From Mobula birostris (lineage: Eukaryota): a stretch of DNA of 64,000 nucleotides. Of the stretch, positions 12,036 through 24,794 are shown in pieces. The notes beneath the pieces are model-generated. The model was not told the origin of the DNA and did no database searches. It saw only the letters and a list, made by a program, of their open reading frames with translations. A program made the translations under genes and the position numbers. The DNA lies in assembly GCF_030028105.1 (NCBI RefSeq), contig NC_092395.1:43056459-43120458 (forward strand), given 5' to 3'. The first letter of the stretch is position 1, and each line of letters starts with the position of its first letter.

Positions 12036-12254
12036 GAGTGAGGATCGGAAACCCTCCCATATGCTGTCACATACCATCGGGTTGAGGCGGCACCATTGTT
12101 ACCAACTGACTGATCCGTTAAAAACAAATTACGAATTAAAAAGTCATTCATTGTCTGACATTTCCCAAACTCTGCCTTTATTTCGCTGATTCCTTCCTTT
12201 GGTCCACGGATGCCCCTCGCACCTGCAGTGACAACAGGACAGGACAGTGCAGGC

Positions 12255-12385
12255 TGTTGAAGGGTTTCGGCCCGAAACGTCGACTGTACAGTTTCCCATA
12301 GATGCTGCCAAGCCTGCTGAGTTCCTCCAGCATTTCGTGTGTGTTGCTTGGATTTCCAGCATCTGCAGATCTTTTCTTGTTTGTG
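12255..12385 (+). mobile_element. Short Penelope-like (PLE) pLTR fragment with degenerate hammerhead core, shared with cluster 2 (about 51237-51370)
   Basis: CTGTTGAAGGGTTTCGGCCCGAAACGTCGACTG...GATGCTGCC...CCAGCATCTGCAG, flanked by decayed direct repeats CAGTGCA(G/A)GCT. Confidence 0.7.
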
Positions 12386-12589
12386 ATAGTGCAGTGCAAG
12401 CTTCCTGTTCGCACATCAGTCATTCAGTCATGGAGTTCAAACCCACTTTGGCAGTTTGAGGGTTTGAACTCGTTCTAAATGTGGGGACCAAATAATGGCG
12501 CTGGAGGAGCTGACTGGCTCCATCCATTCCTTCGAATCGAACAAAACTCCTAGAAGTGACAGCTTACAGTTCTCAGCTCCGAAGGACCT

Positions 12590-13320
12590 TTTCAAGTCAA
12601 GTCAAATCGAATAGAATCAAGTTTAATTATGATTCCAATGATACTCGGATACACGAAAAAAAAGAGAAAAACACGTTTAGTCCAGGTCCCTGAGCGATGC
12701 GCACTTTGACGATACAGCTCCCGGCAATATAGCCTGTCATTCCACTGATCGAACACTGGAGGGCAGCACTGACCGAAGAGGCCAAATCTCAACTGAGCAC
12801 GGACTCCATGCTACACCGTCTGCAGCGCCGTCTCATCCGGGAAGCTCGATGGAGCCCTAGTCCGTGCCTACAACCGATGCCACGCTGCAGCCTCGTCGTC
12901 CGTTATAGACCAAGCAAGTGAAACCAGACTGTTGCATCTCACATTATTGATGTCCAACTGGGTCTTGCGATCGCAAGATAAACGTCCAAGACAGTCACTC
13001 ACGGTGACACGGCACTCTGCTTTTGCGCACCAACCCCCACGCCTTCGAGTGCAGGCAGCAACTCGGTCCGCACTCAGGTCAGTTCCTCCGAACATTCTCC
13101 AGCCCGTCTGCCGGCCTCTCCTCTGAGCCGAGCTGGGCACCGGCTCCTTTGTCACCCCATCCGGCAGCTACGAACAACGCGGTAGACCAACTGTGCCCGT
13201 AGTTCTTGGAGTGCAGCATATTCATAGGATCATTAAAAAATCACACATTTGAAAAAGAAAAGCCCACCTTTGTTTGGCCGCTGCGTTAGAACACGCCGCC
13301 ATCTTAGCGGCATCACAATG
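12590..13320 (-). mobile_element. Cluster-1-specific insertion of about 730 bp, probably a non-autonomous LINE derivative
   Basis: Absent from the aligned cluster-2 site (52285-52292). On the - strand it begins with AAGATGGCGGC and ends in a (TTGAC)n tail. Confidence 0.45.
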
Positions 13321-13859
13321 TGGGAAGTGCACAATGCGATGCTTCTAGTTGTCACATGGCAGACTCCACGAGGAAGGGCATCCAGAACTCTACAGCCTAA
13401 CAGCTAAACGATTTTACTTTCAAACTTTCTACTTTTAAAGTTTGCCCAAAAGCAAAATTCTGTTTCCGCTGTCAAACTGAAATTAAAGCAGAGACACTCA
13501 ACAATTCTGACGGTGCCCACTGGAGAAAGAAACAGGGTTAACATATCTGACTTTAACCAGAGACAATGATATCTTGTTTTATATTTAATTATTCTGTTGG
13601 AATTGTAGTTACCATATCGGTCTGGCTATGTGTAATGACGTAGTTATGGTGTACATATCTACCCAATGGGAACTGATTTCTAAACAGAGCTTTTTGATGA
13701 TTGAATTCACAACATTTTGCTGTAAAGGCTGTTTTTGTGAGGGCCTTTTGAAGGATTGCTTATCTTTCTCTCAGTCACTTCATGAAATCTCCCAGAAATG
13801 AAAAATACTTCAAAAAATGTTTGTCAGCACTTTGCAATAGTGTTGATTTGCATCCTTTG

Positions 13860-14055
13860 TACAATACTTTATTGTAGATTGATGAATCAGGAAAGCAACA
13901 TACAATTGGAGAAGAATTCATTTTGCCAGCCATAAGGGAGGTTCTGAATACAATTTTGCATAAGTCACCAGATCAAATAATAAACGTACTGCCACTCAGC
14001 GAAAACACTGTAAAACGATGAATAAATGATACATCTGAGAATGTGGAAGAAACAT
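13860..14055 (+). mobile_element. Decayed hAT (Buster/Charlie-family) transposase fragment, shared with 53480-53655
   Basis: Translates as ..HTIGEEFILPAIREVLNTILHKSPDQIINVLPLSENTVKR.IND.SENVEE, typical of Buster/SCAND3-like transposases. Confidence 0.7.
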
Positions 14056-15949
14056 TAAACAATAGAATTTATTCCCTTTTCTTGGTTGTGTGCTGTATAG
14101 GAACTTTGGCAAAGCCATCAGAAAGACGAGAGCATAAAATTTGTGACCTTGACAGACAATGGAGGGACCCAAGTGAAATGTTCCCTGTGCATGGACGGAT
14201 TTACCATCTTCCACTCGGATGTGAAGTCAGTTCGCAAATTGATCGGCATGGCTAAGCAGTCAGGCTGCCAACTCAAACTATTCACAGAGTCGGTTGCCAG
14301 TTGCCAAAGAGTGAGGCCATCTTCTTTGCCAACTGGCCCAACCAATCCAATATCTCCTTCATCATCAGGTTTGCTTATGAGAGGGTGCTGGGGATCTTGT
14401 ACTGAGGGGCTGAGTGGTGCAACAGGAATTGGCTGGAGCAGATTGGGAGGGTAGAGCGGCACTGTTGGGAAGATGCTCCAATCATTAAGTGAGAAGAACT
14501 AGTCATCCGGTGTGAGGTGTTCTCAGGGCTGCTACACTTGGTGCAGATGTGGCCCATCCCCCTGCTCTGCTCCTCTAGTTTGTAAGTGACCCAGATTGTT
14601 CTCTGCTTCATCGGAGAATCTAAGATGGAGCAAATAAGACTTGTGCATTGTCCAATGCACTGGTCCTTGGTCAAATGAAGCAAAAACATTCAAAATGTCC
14701 ACATTACCGTGATGAGCACATTCATGTGTTACTGCTTCAGACTCTGTGTGGAACCTAAGCGTGTGGGCATCAAGTACCATTACTGAGTTTCTATTTGTCC
14801 CGGGTGTTGAGAAGGATGGGTCTGGCCTTATTGACATTGAACGTCCCAGTCAACTGGACGCTTGGTGCAGCCACTTGTAAGGGCTCAGTGGAGAAGGACC
14901 ACATGGAAGGTTCTTCTGCTACGGGACAGGGAGTGGCTGGGTTTGGTGAGGAAGCTCCTGAGTTATTGCCCTAAGTGTAGCACCCAGCAGAGACTATATA
15001 AGTAACAATAGAGTTAGTGGCTTTAAGGAATTTAACTGGACACTACGTAATGCCTATTTAAAGCATAAAAAGGCATTGCACCATTTATTCTTGGAAATAT
15101 TTTATTATAAACAAAGTTTATTTTGGAACAAAAACATTTTGGGTAACATCTTCACTGACCATGCCCATCTCGAGTCACACACCATGTCACTTGAAGTGGC
15201 CTAGCAGCATAGCCCATTGTTTAGGAGGCTTTTGCCATTGTCTTCACTTGGTACCACGAGATGGACAACAAGTATCAGCTTTTCCAGTGACAGCCACATT
15301 CCAAGAATGTGGAATATCTGAGGTTGACCAGAGTCCCAGGATCTGGAACAATGCTCTTGGAGGAAAGGGAGCCCAGATGACACTGTACCAGTAAGTTTAT
15401 ACATGCATTTATCTTCATCAAACACCCAGGAAATTAAATGTCTGTTGAGTAAGTCAGGTCATAAGTCAGTCCAAATGTGTGCTGGCAATGTTGGAACCCA
15501 AGTGTAGAGGAAAGACAGAGTCCAATGCAGAGATGACAACCACAGTTTATTCTTAAGAATTCCAACAGAACATTGGTGACTTGGCTGAGCAACACTGTGA
15601 GATGTAGCATTCTCAAAACTAAGACCACGCTCTCAGCACTAATTGGGTCGCCACTTAAATATTACAATTAACACGGAATCCCTGTGACTAACAAAGTTAA
15701 GTTTAACAAGTTTAAACATAAAACACTCAGAGTCTGCATGACAAAGTGTGAGTAACTCAAATACAAACAAGGAAAACAATTAACAAAAAATAACCAATTA
15801 TGGTGCTCTTAAAAATCTCAGAGCCCAATTCTCTCCAGCTTGCCAGACAAGTCCAAAGAGCTCTTTACAAAGTTATATTATAGTGATGGTGTTTCAAGTG
15901 CAGATTTTCCTTGTTAATAGAGGCAGTCTGATAGAAACAGCTCTGGCAG

Positions 15950-16400
15950 GGAATCTTACAGCAATGGGAATGGACACCCTGGACAATGTGGGACCTCAGG
16001 AGGCTTCCTGTTTTCTGGACAATGATAAGTACAGGAAGTATTTTCAGCTGAAGGAGCACATCCTCTGGGTTTGGAACTTGGGCAACAACAGTCCATCCAC
16101 AAGGCTGATTGTTTCATGTGCAGTCGGCTTCAGGAGCTGGTCATCCTGCAGCTAAAGTGAGTGCATGTATCAGGGAGACGAGGAGATCACCAGGCAGACT
16201 GGTGCAGGGAGATAGGTCAGCAGATCCGTGAGGACTCCCTGCTCTCTAACTGTATGATATTCAGAGTACTGATTGGGGATAGTCTTCCTCTCGGGACAGA
16301 GGCATGGCCAGACAAGTGGGTTAATTGTGCAGGCAGAGGAACAGGAAGAGGAATGGTTCTTAATTTGTGCAGCCGAATATCAAACTTTTCATCAAAGGAA
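15950..16400 (+). mobile_element. Ancient CR1 ORF1 remnant
   Basis: Residual zinc-finger-like KYRKYFQLKE..V.NL and esterase-like VLIGDS motifs; heavily mutated. Confidence 0.4.
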
Positions 16401-18699
16401 TTGGCCAGTTGGCCCAGGTGCCAATAATTAAGTCAAATTGAGCTAAACCAATCTGTTTCCACAAGGTCTGTATCCCTGCTATATTACTTTGGCTGCTGCA
16501 ATTTCCTTCCACATCTCATAGATGGAGACTTTTGAACTTTATTTGCCGCGTGTGAGATAGCAGATGACTAGAGAATGGCAAAGGTGGTCCCATTATTCAA
16601 AAGGGCCGAGGTATAAACCAGGCAATGATGGGACATGAGTTTTAAATCAGTGGAAGGGAATTATTGTAAAAATCCCAAGGATAGGATATATTTATGCTTG
16701 GAAAGGCTGAGATTAATCTGGGCATAGTCAACATTTGTGGAAAACCTGTCTCAATAATTCATTGAATTTTCAGGTATAAATAGAGATTGGATCAACTGAG
16801 TTTTTGTATCCTGGGAACTTGAAGAAGCCAATGTGTGAGCTGATAGAGATATATGAGATTATGAGGAAGATAGAGGGTAGACATTAAGGATATATTTCTG
16901 GTGGAGGGATAGCCTTAAACTGGTGAGTTTGGATATTTAGAGGAATCCTGAAGGGAAACATTCCACGAAGAGAATGGTGTGAAATTTGAACATCATTCGT
17001 GAGGAGTTGGTAGATGCAGGTAGTCTCGACAAACACTTGAATTGCAGAGGAGATTACATGCCAAATGCCAGTTCACAACTACATCCAGCAGGACCTGGAC
17101 AACATTCAGGTATGGGCTCATATGGGTAAAGTAACATTCATATGATAGACATGCTGGACTGGCGTCATGTTCAAGAAGAGTGTGTCAAGCTACTTACCCG
17201 TGGTATTCAGTGTCAGACCACCATGATACTTTGCCACTATTTATAACATCTAAGACAAGGACATAATGGAATACTTTCCACTTTTGTAGAAGAATACAGC
17301 TCCAAAAACATTTCAGAAGGTCTAAACTATCTAGCAGAAGGCAGCCCAATTTGTACCACCCAATTTCCATTGCCATCGACATTCATTTACTTCACCATAG
17401 ATGGTCCCAAACCCAGCTGAAAGAGGAGGAGTGTTGGACATGGGTCAAGCAATGCATCCTGTAGAAACCAAGAGGTACAGAAATGCTAAGAGAACCTTCA
17501 AAGAGCTCCTCCCTGAGAGAGGATGGGTCTTTGAAGATGGGCTACACCTGTGAACAACTTGAAAGAATGGGCCAGGACAGAGGACTCTGACCTGTGGCCG
17601 ATGCACCAGGAGGGTGATAGGCTTAAACAAACAAACTTCAACATTTGTTCTATCCACCAGAGGTGTACAATGAATTTAGTGTGGTCCACTGATAAAATGT
17701 CCTGCTGTTACTTCCCCATGTTACTCTAACAACTCCTTCCAAACCTTTTAACTCAACTGCAAGTACACAAGTTCAGAATAAGCAGGAGGTGTCCACTGTA
17801 AGTTCACTTCAAAGTTACTAACTTAGTAGACTTCGAAATATCTACTAAATATATAAAAATACCTATTCTTGGACCTTAGAAAGATTTCTATAAATGTACT
17901 GTGTTAGGGAGCTTCCTGAATCTTTAGCCTTTGGGAGAAGGTAACTAAGACATGAATGGTTTGAGTTCGAAAACTGTTGTGTTATGTGTGGCCACCTGTG
18001 AGTTCACTTGAGTGTTATCTGTCTCTATCTTACAGCCAAAATATCAGTGCAGGGAGATTCAATTGTTATATTGAAACTGGAGCTAGTTAAGTATCTGAAA
18101 CTGCTGGACTGTGGGGAGAAAGGCTGGGGCATGCAATGTTTTTAATATCGGACTGGTCTGAGGTGAACAGGCCAAATGGCCTCACATTCTGAGAGAACCA
18201 TTCTGATTCACCATTATTTACCCTCTTATGATGACCTGTGAGTGTGAGGCAGTGAATTTAGTTCTGAGAGCTCCAAAGTAAAGCCTTCTTACTTTTTGCA
18301 GTTCATGAAGTTGATAATTGACTGATGTTTCCCAGTTTCTTCACTTGTTTCTGTACTGTCTAGTCACTGAGATTAAATAGCAGCATCCTTTGTAACTCTG
18401 GTTAGATCTGGAGATGATGTTGTCCAGAAGGTTCTTCGAGAGTCAAAAGGAGTTTCCAAATTCATGGTTACAGCTGTTTCATCAGATGTTCATCATGGTA
18501 GAGGTCAGATAAGTCCAGCCTGTATCAGCAAACAAAGCAGAAAAATCACAAAGGAATGTGAGCAAACGCTTCACTTCCATATTGGAAAAGCGGTCAGACA
18601 GCTCCCTGGTAAGAAATCCAAGAGCAGTGACTGATTCGCACATCAGTTTGGCAAATATACAGTAGAAACAGATATACTCCTGGTTGCTAAAAATCTACA

Positions 18700-20620
18700 G
18701 ATAGATAGATTCAAGATTGTTAATGTCATTTCCAACCACTATGCAAGGGCAAAGAAAAACAAAGTAATTGTTACTCCAGATCTGATGTAACACAAAAAGC
18801 CTGAAGATAAGAATACAGTACTAAAAAAAAGCATAATAAGTATAAACATCATAAGGACATAAGACATAAAAGCAAAATTAGCTTATCTGGCCCATCGAGT
18901 CTGCTCTGCTAATCAATCATGGCTGATTCTTTTTTCTCATCCTCCTCAACCCCAGTTCCTGGCCTTCTCAAATACATGAGATAGTTTACATACACAGACT
19001 GATTGTATGTCCATGAACTGACACTAGGCACAGAATTGTCTGTACATAAGGTGACTCTGACAGGAAATGATGAAGTAGAGGTGGTGGAGGTGTGCATTTA
19101 AAGGTGGAGGAGTTAGTCATCCTTCGTACTTGGGGAAATTAACTGTTTTTGAATCTAGTGGTCCTGGCGTGGATGCCACGCAGCATCCTCCCAGCTGGGA
19201 GTGGGACAGTCAATGTGCGGGGTTGGTGGGATCCTTCATGACATTACTGGCACCATTCTGCTTATCCGTCCTTGATGGTGGGTCAACTTGTACCGCTGAT
19301 GCATTGGGCATATCCATTGTATAGAACTTCCTGTCCACCACAGAGCAGTTTCCTAACCATGCAATGAGAAAGCTTGTTAAGATGCTCTCTACTGTGCATC
19401 TACAGAAGGTCATGAGTAAAGATGTGCATAGTCCAGCTCACTTCAACCTCCTCAGAAAGTAAAGTTGTTGGTGAGCTTTCCCAGTTGTGCAGGATGTGTT
19501 CTGGGACGATGAGAGGTGATGCATGATGTGCGGCCGATGTGATGTGTGCGGTGTGAGTTCTCCTGACATCAATAACAATCGTCTTTGTCTTGTTGACATT
19601 GAGAACAAGTTAATTGCCTGGAACCAGGCATCAAACTCTTCCACCTCCTCTCTGAAGGCTGTATTATCATTGTTGGTGATGGGCCCCACCACTGTTGTGT
19701 CATTGGGAAACCTGACAATGTGATTACTTAATGTTTGGCTGTGCAGTGATGTGAGAGCAGAGTGTTTAACAATGGGGTCAGCGCAGAGCCCTGGGGGTGG
19801 GGGCACCCGTGTTAAGGATCATGGAGAGGGAGGAGCAGTTGTGCATCCTGACTATCTGAGGTCTGTTTGTTGGGAAGTCCAACAACCAGTTGCACGGTGG
19901 TGCATTTAGACTGAGGAGTCGGACTTTGTTCACCAAGGTCTGTGGGACAATAGTGTTGAATTCTGAACTGAAATCCACGAAACAGCATTCTGACAGTCCT
20001 GCTGGAGGGTCTTGGCCTGAAACGTCGACTGTACTCTTTTCAATAGGTGCTGCCTGGCATGCTGAGTTGCTCCAGCATTTTATGTGTGTTGCCTGGATTT
20101 CCAGCATCTGCAGATTTTCTCTTGTTCTGACACAAGTGTTCCTGTTTTCCCAGTGCACCAGGGCCTTGTGCATGACAGATGCTATTGCATTCGTCATTTG
20201 GTAAACATATTTGTGAGTGTCCGGTGTGGCGGGAATGAGCTTTTAATGTGTGCCATTACCAGCTGTTCAAAGCACTTCATGAGAATTGGCATCAGTGACA
20301 CCGGTTCCTAGTCGTTTAGTTCTGATAGTGTAGAGTATTTTCGTACAGGAATGATGGTGGCTGATCTGATACATATGGGACAGCAGCCTGGATGAGTGAA
20401 GTGTTGTAGATGTCCGTGAGGAGGTCAGTGAGCTGGTGTGTGCATTTCCTGAGTGCGCAGCCTGGGATGCTGTCTGGCCCAGCTGCCTTATGGTGTTTGA
20501 CTCTCTTCAGAGTCCCTGTGATTATACAAACCTGAAAGCAAGTGTAAGCAAAACTAACACTAGAAAAAGACAATAAGAGCAGTAATTTGGGCTGTAATTA
20601 ACACAGCTCAGTCAGAATCA
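18700..20620 (-). mobile_element. Rex1/Babar-like LINE remnant (RT and 3' region)
   Basis: Motifs KAAGPDSIPG, CV|RMLFVDFSSEFNTI, GAP.G and RFPNDTTVVG on the - strand; interrupted by a PLE fragment. Confidence 0.75.
19996..20124 (+). mobile_element. 129-bp PLE pLTR fragment inserted into the Rex1 RT with an 8-bp TSD
   Basis: TSD TTCTGACA at 19988-19995 and 20125-20132; hammerhead core mutated (CTGCTGG). Confidence 0.8.
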
Positions 20621-20639
20621 GAATCAGCTTTATTATCAC

Positions 20640-22030
20640 TGACAGATCCAATACCCTTCCCTTGTGACTCTCTTTTGTAAAATAAAATCATTTAAAATCT
20701 GAGGACAATGACATGCAAGGTAGGACATCATGAATACCTGAAGGTGACGTACCAAATCTACAGGACAGCTACAAATACCTGGATATCCTGCAGACACATG
20801 GAAGCCACAATGAGGACACAAGGAAGGCTGCAACATCCAAGTACCTCCAAAGAGTGAGACAGGTCCTTAAGAGCCAGCTGATTGCCAAGAACATGGTCAG
20901 AGTCATCAACACATTCGCCCTGCCAGTCATCAGATACTCAGCTGCAATAATGTGCTGGCCAAGGAACCTGCTGGAAGCCAGTGACATCAAGACCCAGAAA
21001 CAACCAGCAATACATGGAGGCTTTCTCTCAATGTCTAACACTGAGTGACTGCACACCTACTGGAATAAAGGGGGATGAGGTCTTGGAATTGTCAAGGTCA
21101 CAGTCCTGGAGGAAATGTGAAACTTCTGTTAGTATGTCAGGAAGATGGCCCTTAAGGATGACCTGCTTAGAGAATACCTCAGGCAGCAGGCTGGGGACAT
21201 GGGTGAAGAAGAACCAGAGCACCAGAGGCCATGGCAGGACAAGTCGCTGCATAAAACGTACCATCTCCAGATATCAGAGGTGGCTGACATAAGAAAGTCC
21301 TACCAATGGCTGGAAATGGCAGGGCTGACCCAGCACAGAGGTGCTGCTCATGGCTGCACAAGAACAGACACTGAACACAAGAGCAATAGAAGCAGGGGTC
21401 GATTAAACCAAACAAGACTCAAGATGCAGACTGTGGAAGGAATCCACTGAGACATCCAGCACATAGTAGCAGAGTGTAAGATGCAGACAGGGACAGCATA
21501 CACAGTCAAGTTGCAGGAATTGTGTACAGGAACATCTGCACTGAGAATAGATTGGACACCCGCAAGATCAGATGAGGAACACCTGAGAAGATAGTGGAGA
21601 ATGACAGGGCTAAAATCCTGTGGGACTTCCAAATATAGACTGATGAGCAGGTATTGGCCAAGCAACCAGACATAGTAATACAGGACAAGAAACAGGAGAA
21701 AGCAATTCTAATAGATGTGGCACTCCCGAATGACGGTACAATCAGGAAGAAAGAATATGAGAAGCTGGAGAAATACCAGGGCTTGAAAGAGCAGATACAA
21801 ACAACATGGAAGGTTAAAGCCAGAGTATTTCCGCTGGTGATAGGTGCACTTGGAGCTGTGACACCTGGACTGGGAGAGTGGCTCCAAACAATCCCAAGAA
21901 CAACATCTGATATGTCTGTCCAGAAGAGTGCACGACTAGGGACGGCAAGGATACTGTGCCAAACCCTCAAGCTCCCAGGCCTCTGGTAGATGACCCAAGA
22001 TTGAGGGAGAAATACACATACACACCACCC
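20640..22030 (+). mobile_element. R4/Dong (Rex6-like) non-LTR retrotransposon 3' part with restriction-like endonuclease
   Basis: RT C-terminal INTFALPVIRY, degenerate CCHC region (IQHIVAECK), and REL motif QPDIVIQDK..AILIDVALP..EKLEKY ending LPGLW*. Confidence 0.8.
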
Positions 22031-23677
22031 ATAGCAGGTGAGAACAAATATGTGCCCCTCATTGAAATTTTTCATTTATTAAATTATTATGGAACGTAAC
22101 GCAGCGTTGCCGCAAAACATCCAATTTCATAACGTATGTCAGTGATATTAAATATATCTGATTCCGAAACATTCCCCTTAAAGAAAATACTGCCACAAAA
22201 TGTTTAACATGGAAACTTACTGTAAATATAAGTGAACACTTCAGTTATTGTTCAGACAATATTACTGTTTGTTTCCAATATTTCAATCATAAATTATCCA
22301 GTTTCACTCTATACAGTCCGATATTTCAATAGTACAAATACACTAATACGATCTGACAATAATATTCCAACTTGTTATCAATGAACTGTAGAATATTAAG
22401 ACCCAAAATTCTAGTCATTGATAAAATTTAACCGAGATTTTCTGATCCTTGGAATGACAATACTACTTTGAAAGTCAGCTGCACTCATTTCAATATAAAA
22501 AGTTTGACTGGGTGAGGCAAGGCTGCTGCGAGTTGGTCCTGCAGCAGTTTACACTGTGAATGGAGGAGACCTGGAATGTAACACAGTGAGAAAATATTCC
22601 ATGGGAAATTGGATATTATTGTTAATGTGGAAGAAACAACCCATTTTAATTATCAATTTTATAAATAAAAATAGCCCCGCAATAAAAAAAAAGCTTTGGT
22701 TCAGTTTAGAGCAGCTGCTGCCTGGGTATGAAAACAGCAAACATCTGTGGCCACAGCAGGATATGAGCTGTTATTTTAACGAAAGGGACAGCCCAGAATG
22801 CTTACATTTGCCATTTCTACCAAATATCATAGTTCCTGTTCTACCTGATATTATTTTAAGTATCTGCGAAGCACTTGACATTTAAAGGGACATTATCTCT
22901 GGTGTTACCCTTGAGTTATGGCAGTGAGAACAAGAATTACTTCAGAAATTGTGCTATGTTGACTGTCAGAGCAAATTCACCCCACAGATTTGTTCACTGA
23001 ATTCCAGGGGAAGAAAATGTTCATGAGGTCTGATTGTTGATCTGTGCGACAGTCAGTTTACTCCCATTAAAGAGTTGTAGAATATGGCTTCTGTTCATTG
23101 CTATCTGCTTTACAACAACCTATTGATCACATCTACCAGTACGATCATTGACAGAAAAATCTTCCATATGTGGATTGGTGAGGTTGAGGTCAAGTATGTT
23201 TCTCTCTGCTGTTGCTCATTCATTGCCTGCTGCAGGCTCTCACTCGAAGCTCTGTCCTTCAGGACCCGACCAACTTCGTCGTTGTTGGTGCAACCCAACC
23301 ACTCTTGGTGACCGCCATAGAAGTCCCAGTAAACATTCTGTGTTCTTGCTTCTGTTAGTACTTACTCTGTGTTGCTCAACATGGGGAACATCGATTCATC
23401 CGTGGAGGGAGGCCAGGAGATTGTAATCAGGAGGAGGTCTCCGTGCCCATGTTTCTCTTGATGTTATGAGACTTCACTGTGTCTGGATTCAATGTTCAAG
23501 ACACCAAGGGCTCCTTTCCCCTGCTGGTACACCACTGTGACCCCACCTCCAGAGAGTCATTTAGGAAAATACACACCCAGGATGGTGAGGGTGAAATTGC
23601 CATTTTGTCTCTCCTGCTCCTGTCTGTTGCTGGAGCCACACTTTGCACAATGTAATGTCAAACAACCCAGCACCAGG

Positions 23678-24794
23678 ACATCTCTGCAGGATGATGGATT
23701 TTCAGCATCTGCATCATCTCTTGTGTTTATCATCATTGCAGAAGTTCCTCTGGGAAGTATACTCATCCCAACTGCTTCATCAGTGACCTTCCTCCCATCA
23801 TAAAGTCAGCAGTGGGGTGTTCACAGATATTTGCAGAATGTTCAGTTCCACTTGTAACCCCTCAGCTAATGCTTCAGACCCAGCCTGTATGCCATCCAGA
23901 TGTTGACAACATTCAGTCATGGGCTGATAGGTGACGAGTGATATTTGCACCCTTAGTGTCAGGCAATGACTATCTCCAAGAACAGAGAATCTAACTTCCT
24001 AGGCTGGACATTCAATGACATTAATATTGCTAAATCCTCCATCATGAATATCCTAAGAGTTCACATTGACTGGAAAATCATATGGACTATTGAAATAAAT
24101 ACCACTGTCCCAGGATTGGCTCCAAGGCTGGATATTCTGTTTATTTTTTCTGTAGGTAGAGGTTTGATGGAATATTCTCTGCTTACCTGGATGAGTGCAA
24201 TCCCAACGATTCTCAAGAATCTCTGCATCACCTTGTATGCAGCAGCCTTTGTTAAGAGTACCACCAAAATTAACTGAAGTATTCAGTCCCTCCTCCACTT
24301 CCCATAGTAACAGCAGTGTGGAAAATCTACAAGGTGTATTTTCTCATCTCTCAACCTCTCAACCACCAGCCAGACCACCGAGTGTTTTGCAATCATTTTT
24401 AGCCCAACGTCCACCTTAAAGCATCCTCTCACTTGCCAAAACTGCTCTTAGGCACAATGTACTTTCTGGCACCCCCATAGTGTAAACACATGTCTATCAT
24501 ATGCTGACATGAGAAAATCGACTGCTTTAAATTTCTATTTGTCTTTAATCCTAGCTTACACAGTACCTGTACATCACTGCAGGATGATGGATTTCCAGCA
24601 TCTGCAGCATATCTTGTGTTTATCATCATTGCAGAAGTTCCTCTGGGAAGTATACTCATCCCAATTGCTTCATCAGTGACCTTCCTCCCATCATAAAGTC
24701 AGCAGTGGGGTGTTCACAGGCATTTGCAGAATGTTCAGTTCCACTTGTAACCCTGTCACCCCTCAGATAATGCTTCACTCCCAGCCTGTATGCC
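23678..24794. repeat. Local direct duplication of about 220 bp (23678-23893 and 24571-24794)
   Basis: Near-identical ACATC.CTGCAGGATGATGGATTT...CAGCCTGTATGCC blocks 893 bp apart. Confidence 0.9.

Noticed and set aside
22552-22588. CACTGTG-23 bp-CACAGTG, resembling a D segment between RSS heptamers
   Set aside because: No nonamer at 12- or 23-bp spacing on either side, and light chains lack D segments.
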